Virus record (IMG/VR): IMGVR_UViG_2740892273_000013
DNA: 39,288 nt
Source of the DNA: a virus
Taxonomy: Duplodnaviria; Heunggongvirae; Uroviricota; Caudoviricetes
Direction: 5' to 3' (one strand)
Of the stretch, positions 25,172-36,163 are shown one piece after another. The notes under the pieces are model-generated. The model worked only from the letters and a program-made list of their open reading frames with translations, did not search any database and was not told where the DNA came from. Every line of letters begins with the position of its first letter. Position 1 is the stretch's first letter. The position numbers were made by a program, and so were the translations under genes.

Positions 25172-25915
25172 ATGACCACACCAAATCCACTGGCAAAAAC
25201 GAAAGGTGCGGGAACGACGTTCTGGATGTATACCGGCAAGGGCGATGCGTTTGCGAACCCTTTATCGGACACTGACTGGCTGCGTCTTGCGATGGTGAAG
25301 GATCTGCAACCTGGCGAAATGACCGCTGATGCAGAAGATGACACTTATCTCGATGATGAAGATGCAGACTGGAAAACGACAACCCAGGGGCAGAAATCCG
25401 TTGGTGATACTTCGGCGACGCTGGCCTGGCGTCCGGGTGACAGCGGGCAGAAAAAACTGGTTCAGTTGTTCGACTCCGGTGAAGTCTGCGCGTTTCGTAT
25501 CAAATATCCCAACGGTACTGTTGATGTTTTCCGTGGCTGGCTGAGTTCACTGGGTAAAACCATTGCCTCAAAAGACGTGATGACCCGCACAGTGAAAATC
25601 AGCGGTGTGGGGCGTCCGTATCTGGCAGAGGAAGGCACTGAAACAGTGAGCGTTACCGGGCTGACGGTGGCACCGGCATCTGCCAGTGTAAAAGTGGGAG
25701 CAACCACCACGCTGACCTTTACAGTAAAACCTGACGGAGCCAGTGACAAAGCGATCAGTGTGCATTCGACAGATCCACAGACTGCCACGGTGACCCTGAA
25801 CGGGCTTGTGGCCACGGTGAAAGGCGTGAAGCAGGGCAGTGTCAGCATTGTGGGCATGACCGCTGACGGGAATTTTGTGGCAGTGGCTACGGTGACTGTC
25901 AGCGCAGCAGGTTAA
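25172..25915 (+). CDS. V: Major tail tube protein gpV homologue with C-terminal Ig-like domain
   Basis: AAGGAGGTG RBS; translation collinear with lambda V (KGAGTT.W.Y.G.GD..ANPLSD.DW, YLDDEDADW, FPNGTVDVFRGW). Confidence 0.9.
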   Translation: MTTPNPLAKTKGAGTTFWMYTGKGDAFANPLSDTDWLRLAMVKDLQPGEMTADAEDDTYLDDEDADWKTTTQGQKSVGDTSATLAWRPGDSGQKKLVQLFDSGEVCAFRIKYPNGTVDVFRGWLSSLGKTIASKDVMTRTVKISGVGRPYLAEEGTETVSVTGLTVAPASASVKVGATTTLTFTVKPDGASDKAISVHSTDPQTATVTLNGLVATVKGVKQGSVSIVGMTADGNFVAVATVTVSAAG

Positions 25916-25935
25916 CAGGACGATACTCATCATTT

Positions 25936-25959
25936 GCCCCGGTTATTCGGGGCTTTTTT
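25936..25959 (+). terminator. Intrinsic terminator after V
   Basis: GCCCCG-GTTATT-CGGGGC followed by TTTTTT. Confidence 0.65.
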
Positions 25960-25972
25960 ACAGGTGGAGAAC

Positions 25973-26362
25973 ATGATGTTTCTGAAACAGGACACGTTTA
26001 ATTATGAAAAACAGTCCGTGGTGCTCAGTGAGCTGTCCGGGCTGCAGAGAATTGAATATCTGACGTTTGTTCAGCAGCGAACGGCAAAGTTTGATGCCGG
26101 GGAGGGAGAACTGCCGGAGGCTGAACGACAGATTGCTTTTCTGCGGATGGGGATGGATATCAATGCCTGGCTGGTTTCCCGCTCACTGTGGAATGCGGAA
26201 CAGTCTCAGGATGTTGAGACGCTTTACGCATCCGTTATTACAACATGGTCGTATGATGCCCTGGGTGCGGGGGCGGAGATGGTTCTGTCGCTGAGCGGTA
26301 TGGGGGCCATTGATAATGCCGGGGATTTGGAGCATGAGGGGCTGACGCCGGAAAAGTCCTGA
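25973..26362 (+). CDS. G: Tail assembly chaperone gpG homologue
   Basis: Translation MMFLKQDTFNYEKQSVVLSELSGLQRIEYL resembles lambda G N-terminus. Confidence 0.8.
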   Translation: MMFLKQDTFNYEKQSVVLSELSGLQRIEYLTFVQQRTAKFDAGEGELPEAERQIAFLRMGMDINAWLVSRSLWNAEQSQDVETLYASVITTWSYDALGAGAEMVLSLSGMGAIDNAGDLEHEGLTPEKS

Positions 26363-26700
26363 CGCGGGAAATGCAGTTTGTCATGCGGCTTGCCCGGGAG
26401 TTCCGGCGGGCAGACTGGCGGCGGATGCTGTCGGAAATGTCGGCCACTGAGCTTGGTCAGTGGGGCGATTATTTCCGGATGCAGAGCTTCAGTGATGTGT
26501 GGATGGATGCGCAGTTTGCCTCGCTGAAGGCATTGATCGTGAGAATGGTGTCCGGCAGCAGTGATGCTGCGGTGGCTGATTTCAGCCTTTTACCGGAAGA
26601 GAACGGGATACCGGAGCGAACGGACGAAGAACTGATGCATCTTGGGGAAGGTATTTCCGGAGGTGTGCGTTATGGACCAGATAGCCAACCTGGTCATTGA
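25973..26700 (+). CDS. gpG-T fusion product made by programmed -1 frameshift near the end of G
   Basis: T-frame (26338-26700) is -1 relative to G and open across the last 8 codons of G; A-rich stretch CCGGAAAAG at 26348-26356. Confidence 0.55.
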
Positions 26701-29700
26701 TTTGGGGATTGATGCGGCAGAGTTTAAAAATGAAATTCCCCGTATCAAAAACCTTCTGAATGGTGCAGCCAGCGATGCAGAACGGTCTTCTGCCCGTATG
26801 CAGCGTTTTATGGAGCGTCAGACTCAGGCCGCCCGGCAGACAACGCAGGCGGCTTCTTCGGCTGCAACAGCCGCATCCGTCCATGCGCAGACGGTGGAGA
26901 AGAACGCACAGGCTCATGAACGCATGTCCCGCGAGGTGGAGAAAACCCGCCAGCGCATGGAGGCACTGAGCCAGAAAATGCGCGAGGAACAGGCGCAGGC
27001 CATGGCTCTGGCGGAGGCTCAGGATAAAGCGGCTGCTGCGTTTTATCGTCAGATTGACAGTGTGAAACAGGCCAGTGCGGGGCTGCAGGAATTACAGCGT
27101 ATTCAGCAGCAGATCCGACAGGCCAGAAACAGTGGCGGGATTGGTCAGCAGGATTATCTGGCGCTGATTTCTGAGGTTACGGCGAAAACCCGTGTTCTTA
27201 CACAGGCTGAGGAAGAGGCTACCCGACAGAAAGTGGCGTTTATCCGTCAGCTTAAAGAGCAGGCAACCCGCCAGAATCTTTCATCTTCTGAGTTGCTTCG
27301 TGCTAAGGCTGCCCAGCTGGGGGTAAGCAGTGCTGCAGAAGTGTATATCCGCAAAATGGAGCAGGCAGGAAAAGCCACGCATTCGCTGGGTCTGAAAAGT
27401 GCAGCAGCCCGCCAGGAGATAGGCGTTCTGATAGGTGAACTGGCCCGCGGCAATTTAGGGGCGCTGAGGGGGTCCGGAATAACGCTGGCTAACCGTGCCG
27501 GATGGATAGACACACTGATGTCACCGAAAGGCATGATGCTGGGCGGGGTTATTGGCGGTATTGCCGCGGCTGTCTATGGTCTGGGTAAAGCCTGGTATGA
27601 CGGTCAGAAGGAGGGGGAAGAATTTAACCGCCAGTTGTCGCTGACGGGGCATTATGCCGGAGTCACTGCCGGGCAGCTGTGGACGCTCAGTCGTGCTATT
27701 TCCGGGAATGGTATTACGCAACATGCTGCAGCCGGTGCGCTGGCTCAGGTGGTGGGGAGTGGTGCATTTCGTGGAAACGATATCGGTATGGTGGCGAGAG
27801 CTGCCGCACAGATGGAGCGATCGGTTGGCCAGTCGGTCAGCGATACCATAAATCAGTTTAAGCGGCTGAAGGATGATCCTGTAAATGCCGCGAAGGCTCT
27901 GGACAATGAGCTGCATTTTCTTACTGCCACTCAGCTTGAGCAGATACGCGTCCTTGGGGAACAGGGGCGGTCCAGTGATGCGGCACGGATAGCCATGTCT
28001 GCACTGGCAGAGGAAACCGGTCGGCGTACTGCGGATATTGATAATAACCTCAATGCGCTGGGCAGTACGCTGAAGTATCTGTCTGATTTATGGAGTCGTT
28101 TCTGGGATGCGGCCATGAATATTGGTCGTGAAGACTCGCTGGATGAACAGATTTCCGCTTTACAGGAGAAAGTGTCGCGGGCGAAAAGACTCCCCTGGAC
28201 GGCATCATCTTCTCAGGTTGAGTACGATCAGCAGCGTCTTAACGAGCTTCAGGAGAAAAAACGCCAGAAGGATTTGCAGGATGCAAAAGAGCAGGCAGAG
28301 CGGAATTATCAGGAGCAACAGAAACGCCGTAATGCTGAAAATGCTGCACTGAACCGGATGAATGAAACGGAAGCAGCACGACATCAGCGTGAAATTGCGC
28401 GTATTAATTCCATGCAGTACGCCGATCAGGCTGTCAGGGATGCGGCGATACAACGTGAAAATGAACGTTACGAGAAAGCCCTGGCATCCGGTAAGAAAAA
28501 AACACGCGAACCCCGTAATGATGAGGCCACCCGGTTATTGCTGCAGTACAGTCAGCAACAGGCACAGGTGGAAGGACAGATTGCTGCTGCCAGACAGTCA
28601 GCAGGCATTGCCACGGAAAGGATGACAGAAGCGCATAAACAGCTTCTGGCTCTGCAGCAGCGCATCAGCGACCTGGACGGGAAAAAACTGACGGCAGATG
28701 AAAAGAGTGTGCTGGCCCGTAAAGATGAACTGATTCAGGCACTGACGCTGCTGGATGTAAAACAGCAGGAGCTTCAGAAACAGACGGCACTCAACGAGCT
28801 GAAGAAAAAAACAATTCAGCTGACCAGTCAACTGGCTGAAGAAGAGCGCGCTCAGCGTCAGCAACATGACCTGGATATCGCCACGGTGGGTATGGGTGAT
28901 CAGCAGCGGCAGCGATATCAGGTACAACTGAGTCTTCGCCAGAAATACCAGCAACAGCTGGAGCAGTTGAGGCGGGATAGTGAGCAGAAAGGAACATATA
29001 ACACGGATGACTACAGAAAGGCCGAGCAGGCGCTGACGGAGAGCCTGAACCGACAACTGAATGAGAATCGCCGTTACTGGCAACAGCTTGAAGTTGTGCA
29101 GGGTAACTGGAAAAACGGAGTCCTGCGTGCATTTCAGGATTTTACCGTGGATGCAGATAATACGGCAGGAACAGCAGAACAGGTGTTCTCGTCAGCCTTC
29201 AGCAACATGGGAAATGGCCTGGCAACTTTTGTCACTACCGGCAAACTCAATTTCAAATCCTTCACCTCTTCTGTGCTGTCAGATATGGCGAAAATCCTGG
29301 CGCAGGCAACCATGATGAAATCGATAAAAGGGATTGGCAGTGTACTGGGATTTGATCTCAGCAGCCTTTCCCTGAATGCCAATGGGGGGATTTATCAGTC
29401 TGCTGATTTGAGTCGTTACAGTGGCACGGTGGTTAACCGTCCGACGTTTTTTGCTTTTGCAAAAGGCGCGGGTGTGATGGGGGAAGCGGGACCTGAAGCC
29501 ATTCTGCCACTGCGTCGTGGTGCTGACGGTAAGCTGGGGGTTGTGGCGGATATTGGTGGTTCAGGTATGGCGATGTTTGCCCCGCAGTACAACATCGAGA
29601 TCAATAACGATGGCACGAACGGGCAGATAGGTCCGGCTGCCCTGAAGGTGGTTTATGACCTTGGGAAAAAAGCGGCAGCGGACTTTATGCAACAGCAGGC

Positions 29701-29737
29701 CCGTGATGGTGGTCGGTTAAGTGGAGCATATCGGTAA
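26672..29737 (+). CDS. H: Tail tape measure protein gpH homologue
   Basis: GGAGGTG RBS; N-terminus (DLVIDLGIDAAEF) and C-terminus (NNDGTNGQIGPAALK.VYD) match lambda H; coiled-coil-rich middle. Confidence 0.9.
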   Translation: MDQIANLVIDLGIDAAEFKNEIPRIKNLLNGAASDAERSSARMQRFMERQTQAARQTTQAASSAATAASVHAQTVEKNAQAHERMSREVEKTRQRMEALSQKMREEQAQAMALAEAQDKAAAAFYRQIDSVKQASAGLQELQRIQQQIRQARNSGGIGQQDYLALISEVTAKTRVLTQAEEEATRQKVAFIRQLKEQATRQNLSSSELLRAKAAQLGVSSAAEVYIRKMEQAGKATHSLGLKSAAARQEIGVLIGELARGNLGALRGSGITLANRAGWIDTLMSPKGMMLGGVIGGIAAAVYGLGKAWYDGQKEGEEFNRQLSLTGHYAGVTAGQLWTLSRAISGNGITQHAAAGALAQVVGSGAFRGNDIGMVARAAAQMERSVGQSVSDTINQFKRLKDDPVNAAKALDNELHFLTATQLEQIRVLGEQGRSSDAARIAMSALAEETGRRTADIDNNLNALGSTLKYLSDLWSRFWDAAMNIGREDSLDEQISALQEKVSRAKRLPWTASSSQVEYDQQRLNELQEKKRQKDLQDAKEQAERNYQEQQKRRNAENAALNRMNETEAARHQREIARINSMQYADQAVRDAAIQRENERYEKALASGKKKTREPRNDEATRLLLQYSQQQAQVEGQIAAARQSAGIATERMTEAHKQLLALQQRISDLDGKKLTADEKSVLARKDELIQALTLLDVKQQELQKQTALNELKKKTIQLTSQLAEEERAQRQQHDLDIATVGMGDQQRQRYQVQLSLRQKYQQQLEQLRRDSEQKGTYNTDDYRKAEQALTESLNRQLNENRRYWQQLEVVQGNWKNGVLRAFQDFTVDADNTAGTAEQVFSSAFSNMGNGLATFVTTGKLNFKSFTSSVLSDMAKILAQATMMKSIKGIGSVLGFDLSSLSLNANGGIYQSADLSRYSGTVVNRPTFFAFAKGAGVMGEAGPEAILPLRRGADGKLGVVADIGGSGMAMFAPQYNIEINNDGTNGQIGPAALKVVYDLGKKAAADFMQQQARDGGRLSGAYR

Positions 29738-30066
29738 TGGAGACGTTTCACTGGAAAGTGCGCCCGGATATGAATGTGGTATCAGAGCCGAAAGTGGTGA
29801 CAGTGAAGCTGGGCGATGGTTATGAACAGCGTCGTGCGGCGGGACTGAATAACCAGTTGTCGACTTACAGCGTGACGATACGTGTTCGTAAATGTGAACA
29901 CCCATCTTTAAAAGCCTTTCTGGAACGGCACGGTGGCGTCCGCGCATTTCAGTGGACGCCACCTTATGACTGGAAGCCGATCAGGGTGGTTTGTCGTAAA
30001 TGGTCGGCAAGCGTGGGGGCGTTGTGGGTAACCATAACGGCAGATTTTGAACAGGTCGTGGCATAG
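29737..30066 (+). CDS. M: Minor tail protein gpM homologue
   Basis: 109 aa; F.WKV.P.M, GDGY.QR, LKTYSV, EFEQVV motifs as in lambda M. Confidence 0.85.
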   Translation: METFHWKVRPDMNVVSEPKVVTVKLGDGYEQRRAAGLNNQLSTYSVTIRVRKCEHPSLKAFLERHGGVRAFQWTPPYDWKPIRVVCRKWSASVGALWVTITADFEQVVA

Positions 30067-30075
30067 GAGTCTCTG

Positions 30076-30774
30076 ATGCAGGATATTCCACAGGAAACAC
30101 ATCATGAGACGACACGCCTCACTCAGTCAGCCCAGGTGGTGCTCTGGGAAATCGATCTGACAGAGGTCGGTGGAGAACGTTATTTTTTCTGTAATGAGCA
30201 GAACGAAAAAGGTGAGCCGGTCACCTGGCAGGGGCGACAGTATCAGGCGTATCCCATTCAGGGGACGGGATTTGAACTGAACGGCAAGGGCAGTGCTGCC
30301 CGTCCGACACTGACGGTTTCTAACCTGCACGGCATGGTCACCGGGATGGCGGAAGATCTGCAGAGTCTGGTCGGCGGAACGGTGGTCCGGCGTAAGGTTT
30401 ACGCCCGTTTTCTGGATGCGGTGAACTTCGTCAACGGAAACAGTGACGCCGATCCGGAGCAGGAGGTGATCAGCCGCTGGCGCATCGAGCAGTGCAGCGA
30501 ACTGAGCGCGGTGAGTGCCTCTTTTGTACTGTCCACGCCGACGGAAACGGACGGTGCCGTTTTTCCGGGACGTATCATGCTGGCCAACACCTGCACCTGG
30601 ACCTATCGCGGCGATGAGTGCGGTTATCACGGTCCGGCGGTCGCGGATGAATATGATCAGCCGACGTCCGATATCACGAAGGATAAATGCAGCAAATGCC
30701 TGAGCGGCTGTAAGTTTCGCAATAACGTCGGCAACTTTGGCGGCTTCCTTTCCATTAACAAACTTTCGCAGTAA
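30076..30774 (+). CDS. L: Minor tail protein gpL homologue
   Basis: 232 aa with conserved cysteine cluster near C-terminus. Confidence 0.85.
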   Translation: MQDIPQETHHETTRLTQSAQVVLWEIDLTEVGGERYFFCNEQNEKGEPVTWQGRQYQAYPIQGTGFELNGKGSAARPTLTVSNLHGMVTGMAEDLQSLVGGTVVRRKVYARFLDAVNFVNGNSDADPEQEVISRWRIEQCSELSAVSASFVLSTPTETDGAVFPGRIMLANTCTWTYRGDECGYHGPAVADEYDQPTSDITKDKCSKCLSGCKFRNNVGNFGGFLSINKLSQ

Positions 30775-30779
30775 ATCCC

Positions 30780-31523
30780 ATGACAGAGACAGAATCAGCG
30801 ATTCTGGCGCACGCCCGGCGATGTGCGCCAGCGGAGTCGTGCGGCTTCGTGGTGAGAACACCGGAGGGGGAAAGATATTTTCCCTGCGTGAATATCTCCG
30901 GTGAGCCGGAGGAGTATTTCCGGATGTCGCCGGAGGACTGGCTGCGGGCAGAGATGCAGGGTGAGATTGTGGCACTGGTCCACAGCCACCCCGGTGGTCT
31001 GCCCTGGCTGAGTGAGGCCGACCGGCGGCTGCAGGTGCAGAGTGATTTGCCGTGGTGGCTGGTCTGCCGGGGGGCGATTCACAAGTTCCGCTGTGTGCCA
31101 CATCTTACCGGGCGGCGCTTTGAGCACGGGGTGACGGACTGTTACACGCTGTTCCGGGATGCTTACCATCTGGCGGGGATTGAGATGCCGGATTTTCATC
31201 GTGAGGATGACTGGTGGCGTCACGGTCAGAATCTCTATCTGGATAATCTGGAGGCCACAGGGCTGTATCAGGTGCCGTTGTCAGCGGCGCAGCCGGGCGA
31301 TGTGCTGCTGTGCTGTTTTGGTTCATCGGTGCCGAATCATGCCGCCATTTACTGTGGTGACGGCGAGCTGCTGCACCATATTCCTGAACAACTGAGCAAA
31401 CGAGAGAGGTATACCGACAAATGGCAGCGACGCACACACTCCCTCTGGCGTCACCGGGCATGGCACGCATCTGCCTTTACGGGGATTTACAACGATTTGG
31501 CCGCCGCATCGACCTTCGAGTGA
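30780..31523 (+). CDS. K: Tail assembly protein gpK homologue (MPN/JAMM plus NlpC/P60-like)
   Basis: HSHP metalloprotease-like motif and C-terminal Cys/His region. Confidence 0.85.
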   Translation: MTETESAILAHARRCAPAESCGFVVRTPEGERYFPCVNISGEPEEYFRMSPEDWLRAEMQGEIVALVHSHPGGLPWLSEADRRLQVQSDLPWWLVCRGAIHKFRCVPHLTGRRFEHGVTDCYTLFRDAYHLAGIEMPDFHREDDWWRHGQNLYLDNLEATGLYQVPLSAAQPGDVLLCCFGSSVPNHAAIYCGDGELLHHIPEQLSKRERYTDKWQRRTHSLWRHRAWHASAFTGIYNDLAAASTFE

Positions 31524-32068
31524 AAACGGGGTCCGAAGCCATCCGGGCGCTGGCCATGCAGATCCCGGCGTTTCGTCAGAAACTGAATGAGGGCTGGTAT
31601 CAGGTGCGCATTGCCGGGCGTGATGCAGGCGAAAATGAATTATCTGCCCGTCTTAATGAGCCGCTGGCAAATGGTGCCGTGATCCACATCGTGCCGCGTC
31701 TGGCGGGAGCTAAAAGTGGCGGTGTGTTTCAGGTGGTGCTTGGGGCGGCGCTGATTGCGGTGGCATGGTGGAACCCTGTGGGCTGGCTGGGGGCCGCGGC
31801 TGTATCGGGCATGTATGCGGCAGGGGCCAGTATGATCCTGGGCGGAGTGGCGCAGATGCTGGCACCGAAAGCCAGGACGCCCACGGCAGCCAGTACAGAT
31901 AACGGCAAACAGAACACCTATTTCTCCTCACTGGATAACATGGTTGCCCAGGGCAATGTTCTGCCTGTTCTGTACGGTGAAATGCGCGTGGGGTCACGTG
32001 TGGTTTCTCAGGAGATCAGCACGGCAGACGAAGGGGATGGTGGTCAGGTTGTGGTGATTGGTCGCTGA
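31421..32068 (+). CDS. I: Tail assembly protein gpI homologue
   Basis: Translation MAATHTLPLASPGMARICLYGDLQRFGRRIDL... matches lambda I; overlaps the 3' end of K. Confidence 0.85.
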   Translation: MAATHTLPLASPGMARICLYGDLQRFGRRIDLRVKTGSEAIRALAMQIPAFRQKLNEGWYQVRIAGRDAGENELSARLNEPLANGAVIHIVPRLAGAKSGGVFQVVLGAALIAVAWWNPVGWLGAAAVSGMYAAGASMILGGVAQMLAPKARTPTAASTDNGKQNTYFSSLDNMVAQGNVLPVLYGEMRVGSRVVSQEISTADEGDGGQVVVIGR

Positions 32069-32128
32069 TGCAAAATGTTTTATGTGAAACCGCCTCCGGG
32101 CGGTTTTGTCGTTTATGGAGCGTGAGGA

Positions 32129-35100
32129 ATGGGTAAAGGCAGCAGTAAGGGGCATACCCCGCGCGAAGCAAAGGACAACCTGAAGTCCACGCAGTTGCTG
32201 AGTGTGATCGATACCATCAGCGAAGGGCCGGTTGAAGGTCCGGTGGATGGATTAAAAAGCGTGCTGCTGAACAGTACACCGGTGCTGGACAGTGAGGGGA
32301 ATACCAACATCTCTGGTGTCACGGTGGTGTTCCGGGCAGGTGAGCAGGAACAGACACCGCCGGAGGGATTTGAATCATCAGGTTCCGAGACGGTACTGGG
32401 TACGGAAGTGAAATACGACACGCCGATCACCCGGACCATCACGTCGGCAAACATTGACCGTCTGCGCTTTACCTTCGGTGTGCAGGCACTGGTGGAAACC
32501 ACCTCAAAGGGGGACAGGAATCCGTCGGAAGTCCGCCTGCTGGTTCAGATACAACGTAATGGTGGCTGGGTGACGGAAAAAGACATCACCATTAAGGGCA
32601 AAACCACCTCGCAGTATCTGGCCTCGGTGGTGGTGNNNNNNNNNNNNNNNNNNNNNNNNNNNNNNNNNNNNNNNNNNNNNNNNNNNNNNNNNNNNNNNNN
32701 NNNNNNNNNNNNNNNNNNNNNNNNNNNNNNNNNNNNNNNNNNNNNNNNNNNNNNNNNNNNNNNNNNNNNNNNNNNNNNNNNNNNNNNNNNNNNNNNNNNN
32801 NNNNNNNNNNNNNNNNNNNACAGCGGTATCTGGGACGGAACGTTTAAGCCAGCATACAGCAACAACATGGCCTGGTGTCTGTGGGATATGCTGACCCATC
32901 CGCGCTACGGCATGGGGAAACGTCTTGGTGCGGCGGATGTGGACAAATGGGCGCTGTATGTCATCGGCCAGCATTGCGATCAGTCGGTGCCGGACGGTTT
33001 TGGCGGCACGGAGCCGCGCATCACCTGTAATGCGTACCTGACCACACAGCGCAAGGCGTGGGATGTGCTCAGTGATTTCTGCTCGGCGATGCGCTGTATG
33101 CCGGTATGGAACGGGCAGACGCTGACGTTCGTGCAGGACCGACCATCAGATAAGGTGTGGACCTATAACCGCAGTAATGTGGTGATGCCGGATGATGGTG
33201 CGCCGTTCCGCTACAGCTTCAGCGCCCTGAAGGACCGCCATAATGCCGTTGAGGTGAACTGGATTGACCCGAATAACGGCTGGGAGACGGCGACAGAGCT
33301 TGTGGAGGACACGCAGGCCATTGCCCGTTACGGTCGTAACGTCACGAAGATGGATGCTTTTGGCTGTACCAGCCGGGGGCAGGCACACCGCGCCGGGCTG
33401 TGGCTGATTAAAACAGAACTGCTGGAAACGCAGACCGTGGACTTCAGCGTGGGTGCCGAAGGGCTTCGCCATGTACCGGGCGATGTCATTGAAATCTGCG
33501 ATGATGACTATGCCGGTATCCGCACCGGCGGGCGCGTGCTGGCGGTAAACAGCCAGACCCGGACGCTGACGCTCGACCGTGAAATCACGCTGCCATCTTC
33601 CGGCACCACGCTGATAAGCCTGGTTGACGGGCAGGGGAGTCCGGTCAGCGTGGAGGTTCAGTCCGTCACCGACGGCGTGAAGGTGAAAGTGAGCCGTGTT
33701 CCTGACGGCGTTGCTGAATACAGCGTATGGGGGCTGAAGCTGCCGACGCTGCGCCAGCGCCTGTTCCGCTGCGTGAGTATCCGTGAGAACGACGACGGCA
33801 CGTATGCCATCACTGCCGTGCAGCATGTACCGGAAAAAGAGGCCATCGTGGATAACGGGGCGCACTTTGACGGCGACCAGAGCGGCACGGTAAATGGTGT
33901 CACGCCGCCAGCGGTGCAGCACCTGACCGCAGAAGTCACCGCAGACAGCGGGGAATACCAGGTGCTGGCCCGCTGGGACACGCCGAAGGTGGTGAAGGGC
34001 GTGAGCTTCCTGCTTCGCCTGACCGTGGCAGCGGATGACGGCCGTGAGCGGCTGGTCAGCACGGCCCGGACGACGGAAACCACTTACCGCTTCACACAAC
34101 TGGCGCTGGGGAACTACAGGCTGACAGTCCGGGCAGTAAATGCGTGGGGGCAGCAGGGCGATCCGGCGTCGGTATCGTTCCGGATTGCCGCACCGGCAGC
34201 GCCGTCGCGGATTGAGCTGACGCCGGGCTATTTTCAGATAACCGCCACGCCGCATCTTGCGGTTTATGACCCGACGGTACAGTTTGAGTTCTGGTTCTCG
34301 GAAAAACGGATTGCGGATATCAGGCAGGTTGAAACCACAGCCCGCTACCTTGGCACGGGGCTGTACTGGATAGCCGCCAGTATCAATATTAAGCCGGGCC
34401 ATGATTATTACTTTTATATCCGCAGTGTGAACACCGTCGGCAAATCAGCATTCGTGGAGGCTGTCGGTCGGGCGAGCGATGATGCGGAAGGTTACCTGGA
34501 TTTTTTCAAAGGCCAGATAACCGAATCCCATCTCGGCCAGGAGCTGCTGGAAAAAGTCGACCTGACGGAGGATAACGCCAGCAGACTGGAGGAGTTTTCG
34601 AAAGAGTGGAAGGACGCCAACGATAAGTGGAATGCCATGTGGGGCGTCAAAATTGAGCAGACCAAAGACGGCAAACATTATGTCGCGGGTATTGGCCTCA
34701 GCATGGAGGACACGGAGGAAGGCAAACTGAGCCAGTTTCTGGTTGCCGCTAACCGTATCGCGTTTATTGACCCGGCAAACGGGAATGAAACGCCGATGTT
34801 TGTGGCGCAGGGCAACCAGATATTCATGAATGACGTGTTCCTGAAACGCCTGACGGCTCCCACCATTACCAGCGGTGGAAATCCGCCGGCATTTTCCCTG
34901 ACACCAGACGGAAAGCTGACCGCTAAAAATGCGGATATCAGCGGTAATGTGAATGCAAATTCAGGGACGCTCAACAATGTCACGATTAACCAGAACTGTA
35001 CGATTAAGGGCATGCTGGAGGCGACCCAGGTCAGAGGAGATTTCGTTAAAGCTGTATCAAAAGCCTTCCCGAAAAAAGTCGGTACGTGGGGTAACACGGA

Positions 35101-35467
35101 AACACCAAACGGTACGGTTACAGTCACCATCAGCGATGATCATAACTTTGACCGCCAGATTATTATTCCGCCCATTATTTTTAACGGTATAGCGTATGAC
35201 GATCCGGGGAGCGGAAATAACCCAGGAGGCACGCGATACACGGGTTATGGTTTTGAAGTTCGCAAAAACGGCGTATTAATCGCATCCAGAGAAACTAAAG
35301 GTGCCATTCCCGGTAGTTACAGTGCAGTTATTGATATGCCGAGTGGCAGGGGAAGCGTCACTCTGGAGTTTAAGATTTTCCAGAAAGGCAATCAGGGGGC
35401 AGGCAATATCACCGACTGTACGGTGATTGTGACCAAAAAAGCCGCTTCCGGCATCAGTATTCGTTGA
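32129..35467 (+). CDS. J: Central tail fibre / host specificity protein gpJ homologue (interrupted by assembly gap 32636-32819)
   Basis: N-terminus [28 protein letters not shown] matches lambda J; long collinear ORF; last ~150 aa differ from lambda J as recalled. Confidence 0.9.
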   Translation: MGKGSSKGHTPREAKDNLKSTQLLSVIDTISEGPVEGPVDGLKSVLLNSTPVLDSEGNTNISGVTVVFRAGEQEQTPPEGFESSGSETVLGTEVKYDTPITRTITSANIDRLRFTFGVQALVETTSKGDRNPSEVRLLVQIQRNGGWVTEKDITIKGKTTSQYLASVVVXXXXXXXXXXXXXXXXXXXXXXXXXXXXXXXXXXXXXXXXXXXXXXXXXXXXXXXXXXXXXXSGIWDGTFKPAYSNNMAWCLWDMLTHPRYGMGKRLGAADVDKWALYVIGQHCDQSVPDGFGGTEPRITCNAYLTTQRKAWDVLSDFCSAMRCMPVWNGQTLTFVQDRPSDKVWTYNRSNVVMPDDGAPFRYSFSALKDRHNAVEVNWIDPNNGWETATELVEDTQAIARYGRNVTKMDAFGCTSRGQAHRAGLWLIKTELLETQTVDFSVGAEGLRHVPGDVIEICDDDYAGIRTGGRVLAVNSQTRTLTLDREITLPSSGTTLISLVDGQGSPVSVEVQSVTDGVKVKVSRVPDGVAEYSVWGLKLPTLRQRLFRCVSIRENDDGTYAITAVQHVPEKEAIVDNGAHFDGDQSGTVNGVTPPAVQHLTAEVTADSGEYQVLARWDTPKVVKGVSFLLRLTVAADDGRERLVSTARTTETTYRFTQLALGNYRLTVRAVNAWGQQGDPASVSFRIAAPAAPSRIELTPGYFQITATPHLAVYDPTVQFEFWFSEKRIADIRQVETTARYLGTGLYWIAASINIKPGHDYYFYIRSVNTVGKSAFVEAVGRASDDAEGYLDFFKGQITESHLGQELLEKVDLTEDNASRLEEFSKEWKDANDKWNAMWGVKIEQTKDGKHYVAGIGLSMEDTEEGKLSQFLVAANRIAFIDPANGNETPMFVAQGNQIFMNDVFLKRLTAPTITSGGNPPAFSLTPDGKLTAKNADISGNVNANSGTLNNVTINQNCTIKGMLEATQVRGDFVKAVSKAFPKKVGTWGNTETPNGTVTVTISDDHNFDRQIIIPPIIFNGIAYDDPGSGNNPGGTRYTGYGFEVRKNGVLIASRETKGAIPGSYSAVIDMPSGRGSVTLEFKIFQKGNQGAGNITDCTVIVTKKAASGISIR
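32636..32819. other. Assembly gap (N-run) inside J
   Basis: 184 consecutive N. Confidence 0.99.
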
Positions 35468-35485
35468 AATATTTATAACCCCAAT

Positions 35486-35514
35486 AAAGGGCGTCAGGAA
35501 TGACGCCTTTTTTA
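35486..35514 (+). terminator. Intrinsic terminator after J
   Basis: 10-bp stem AAAGGCGTCA / TGACGCCTTT with loop GGAA followed by TTTTATT. Confidence 0.7.
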
Positions 35515-35537
35515 TTGCAGAAAAGCGAGAGGTAATT

Positions 35538-36137
35538 ATGCGTAAACTTTATGCCGCCATTTTGTCCGCAGCCATTTGTCTGGCCGTATCCGGTGCGCCT
35601 GCATGGGCGTCTGAACATCAGTCCACGCTGAGCGCGGGGTATCTTCATGCCTCGACGAACGTCCCCGGCAGTGATGATCTGAACGGGATTAACGTGAAAT
35701 ACCGTTATGAGTTTACGGACACACTGGGGATGGTGACGTCGTTCAGCTATGCAGGAGACAAGAATCGCCAGCTGACCCGTTACAGCGATACCCGCTGGCA
35801 TGAAGATTCCGTTCGTAACCGCTGGTTCAGCGTAATGGCGGGGCCGTCTGTGCGCGTGAATGAATGGTTCAGCGCGTATGCGATGGCGGGTGTGGCTTAC
35901 AGCCGTGTGTCGACTTTCTCCGGGGATTATCTTCGCGTAACTGACAACAAGGGGAAAACGCACGATGTGCTGACCGGAAGTGATGACGGTCGCCACAGCA
36001 ACACGTCTCTGGCGTGGGGAGCTGGCGTGCAGTTTAACCCGACCGAATCCGTGGCCATTGATATTGCTTATGAAGGCTCCGGCAGTGGCGACTGGCGCAC
36101 TGACGGTTTCATCGTGGGTGTCGGTTATAAATTCTGA
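35538..36137 (+). CDS. lom: Lom/Ail/PagC-family outer-membrane beta-barrel protein
   Basis: Signal peptide (AVSGAPAWA), alternating beta-strand pattern and C-terminal aromatic residue (GVGYKF); position between J and stf as in lambda. Confidence 0.8.
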   Translation: MRKLYAAILSAAICLAVSGAPAWASEHQSTLSAGYLHASTNVPGSDDLNGINVKYRYEFTDTLGMVTSFSYAGDKNRQLTRYSDTRWHEDSVRNRWFSVMAGPSVRVNEWFSAYAMAGVAYSRVSTFSGDYLRVTDNKGKTHDVLTGSDDGRHSNTSLAWGAGVQFNPTESVAIDIAYEGSGSGDWRTDGFIVGVGYKF

Positions 36138-36163
36138 TTAGCCAGGTAACACAGTGTTATGAC

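Noticed and set aside
26642-26671. Upstream extension of the tape-measure ORF (MGKVFPEVCV...)
   Set aside because: The ATG at 26672 has a GGAGGTG RBS and gives an N-terminus matching lambda H; the extension overlaps gpT coding sequence
32504-34402. Long minus-strand ORFs (for example 33146-34402, 418 aa) inside J
   Set aside because: Antisense to a well-supported gpJ homologue; Arg/Pro-rich composition typical of antisense reading of GC-rich coding DNA
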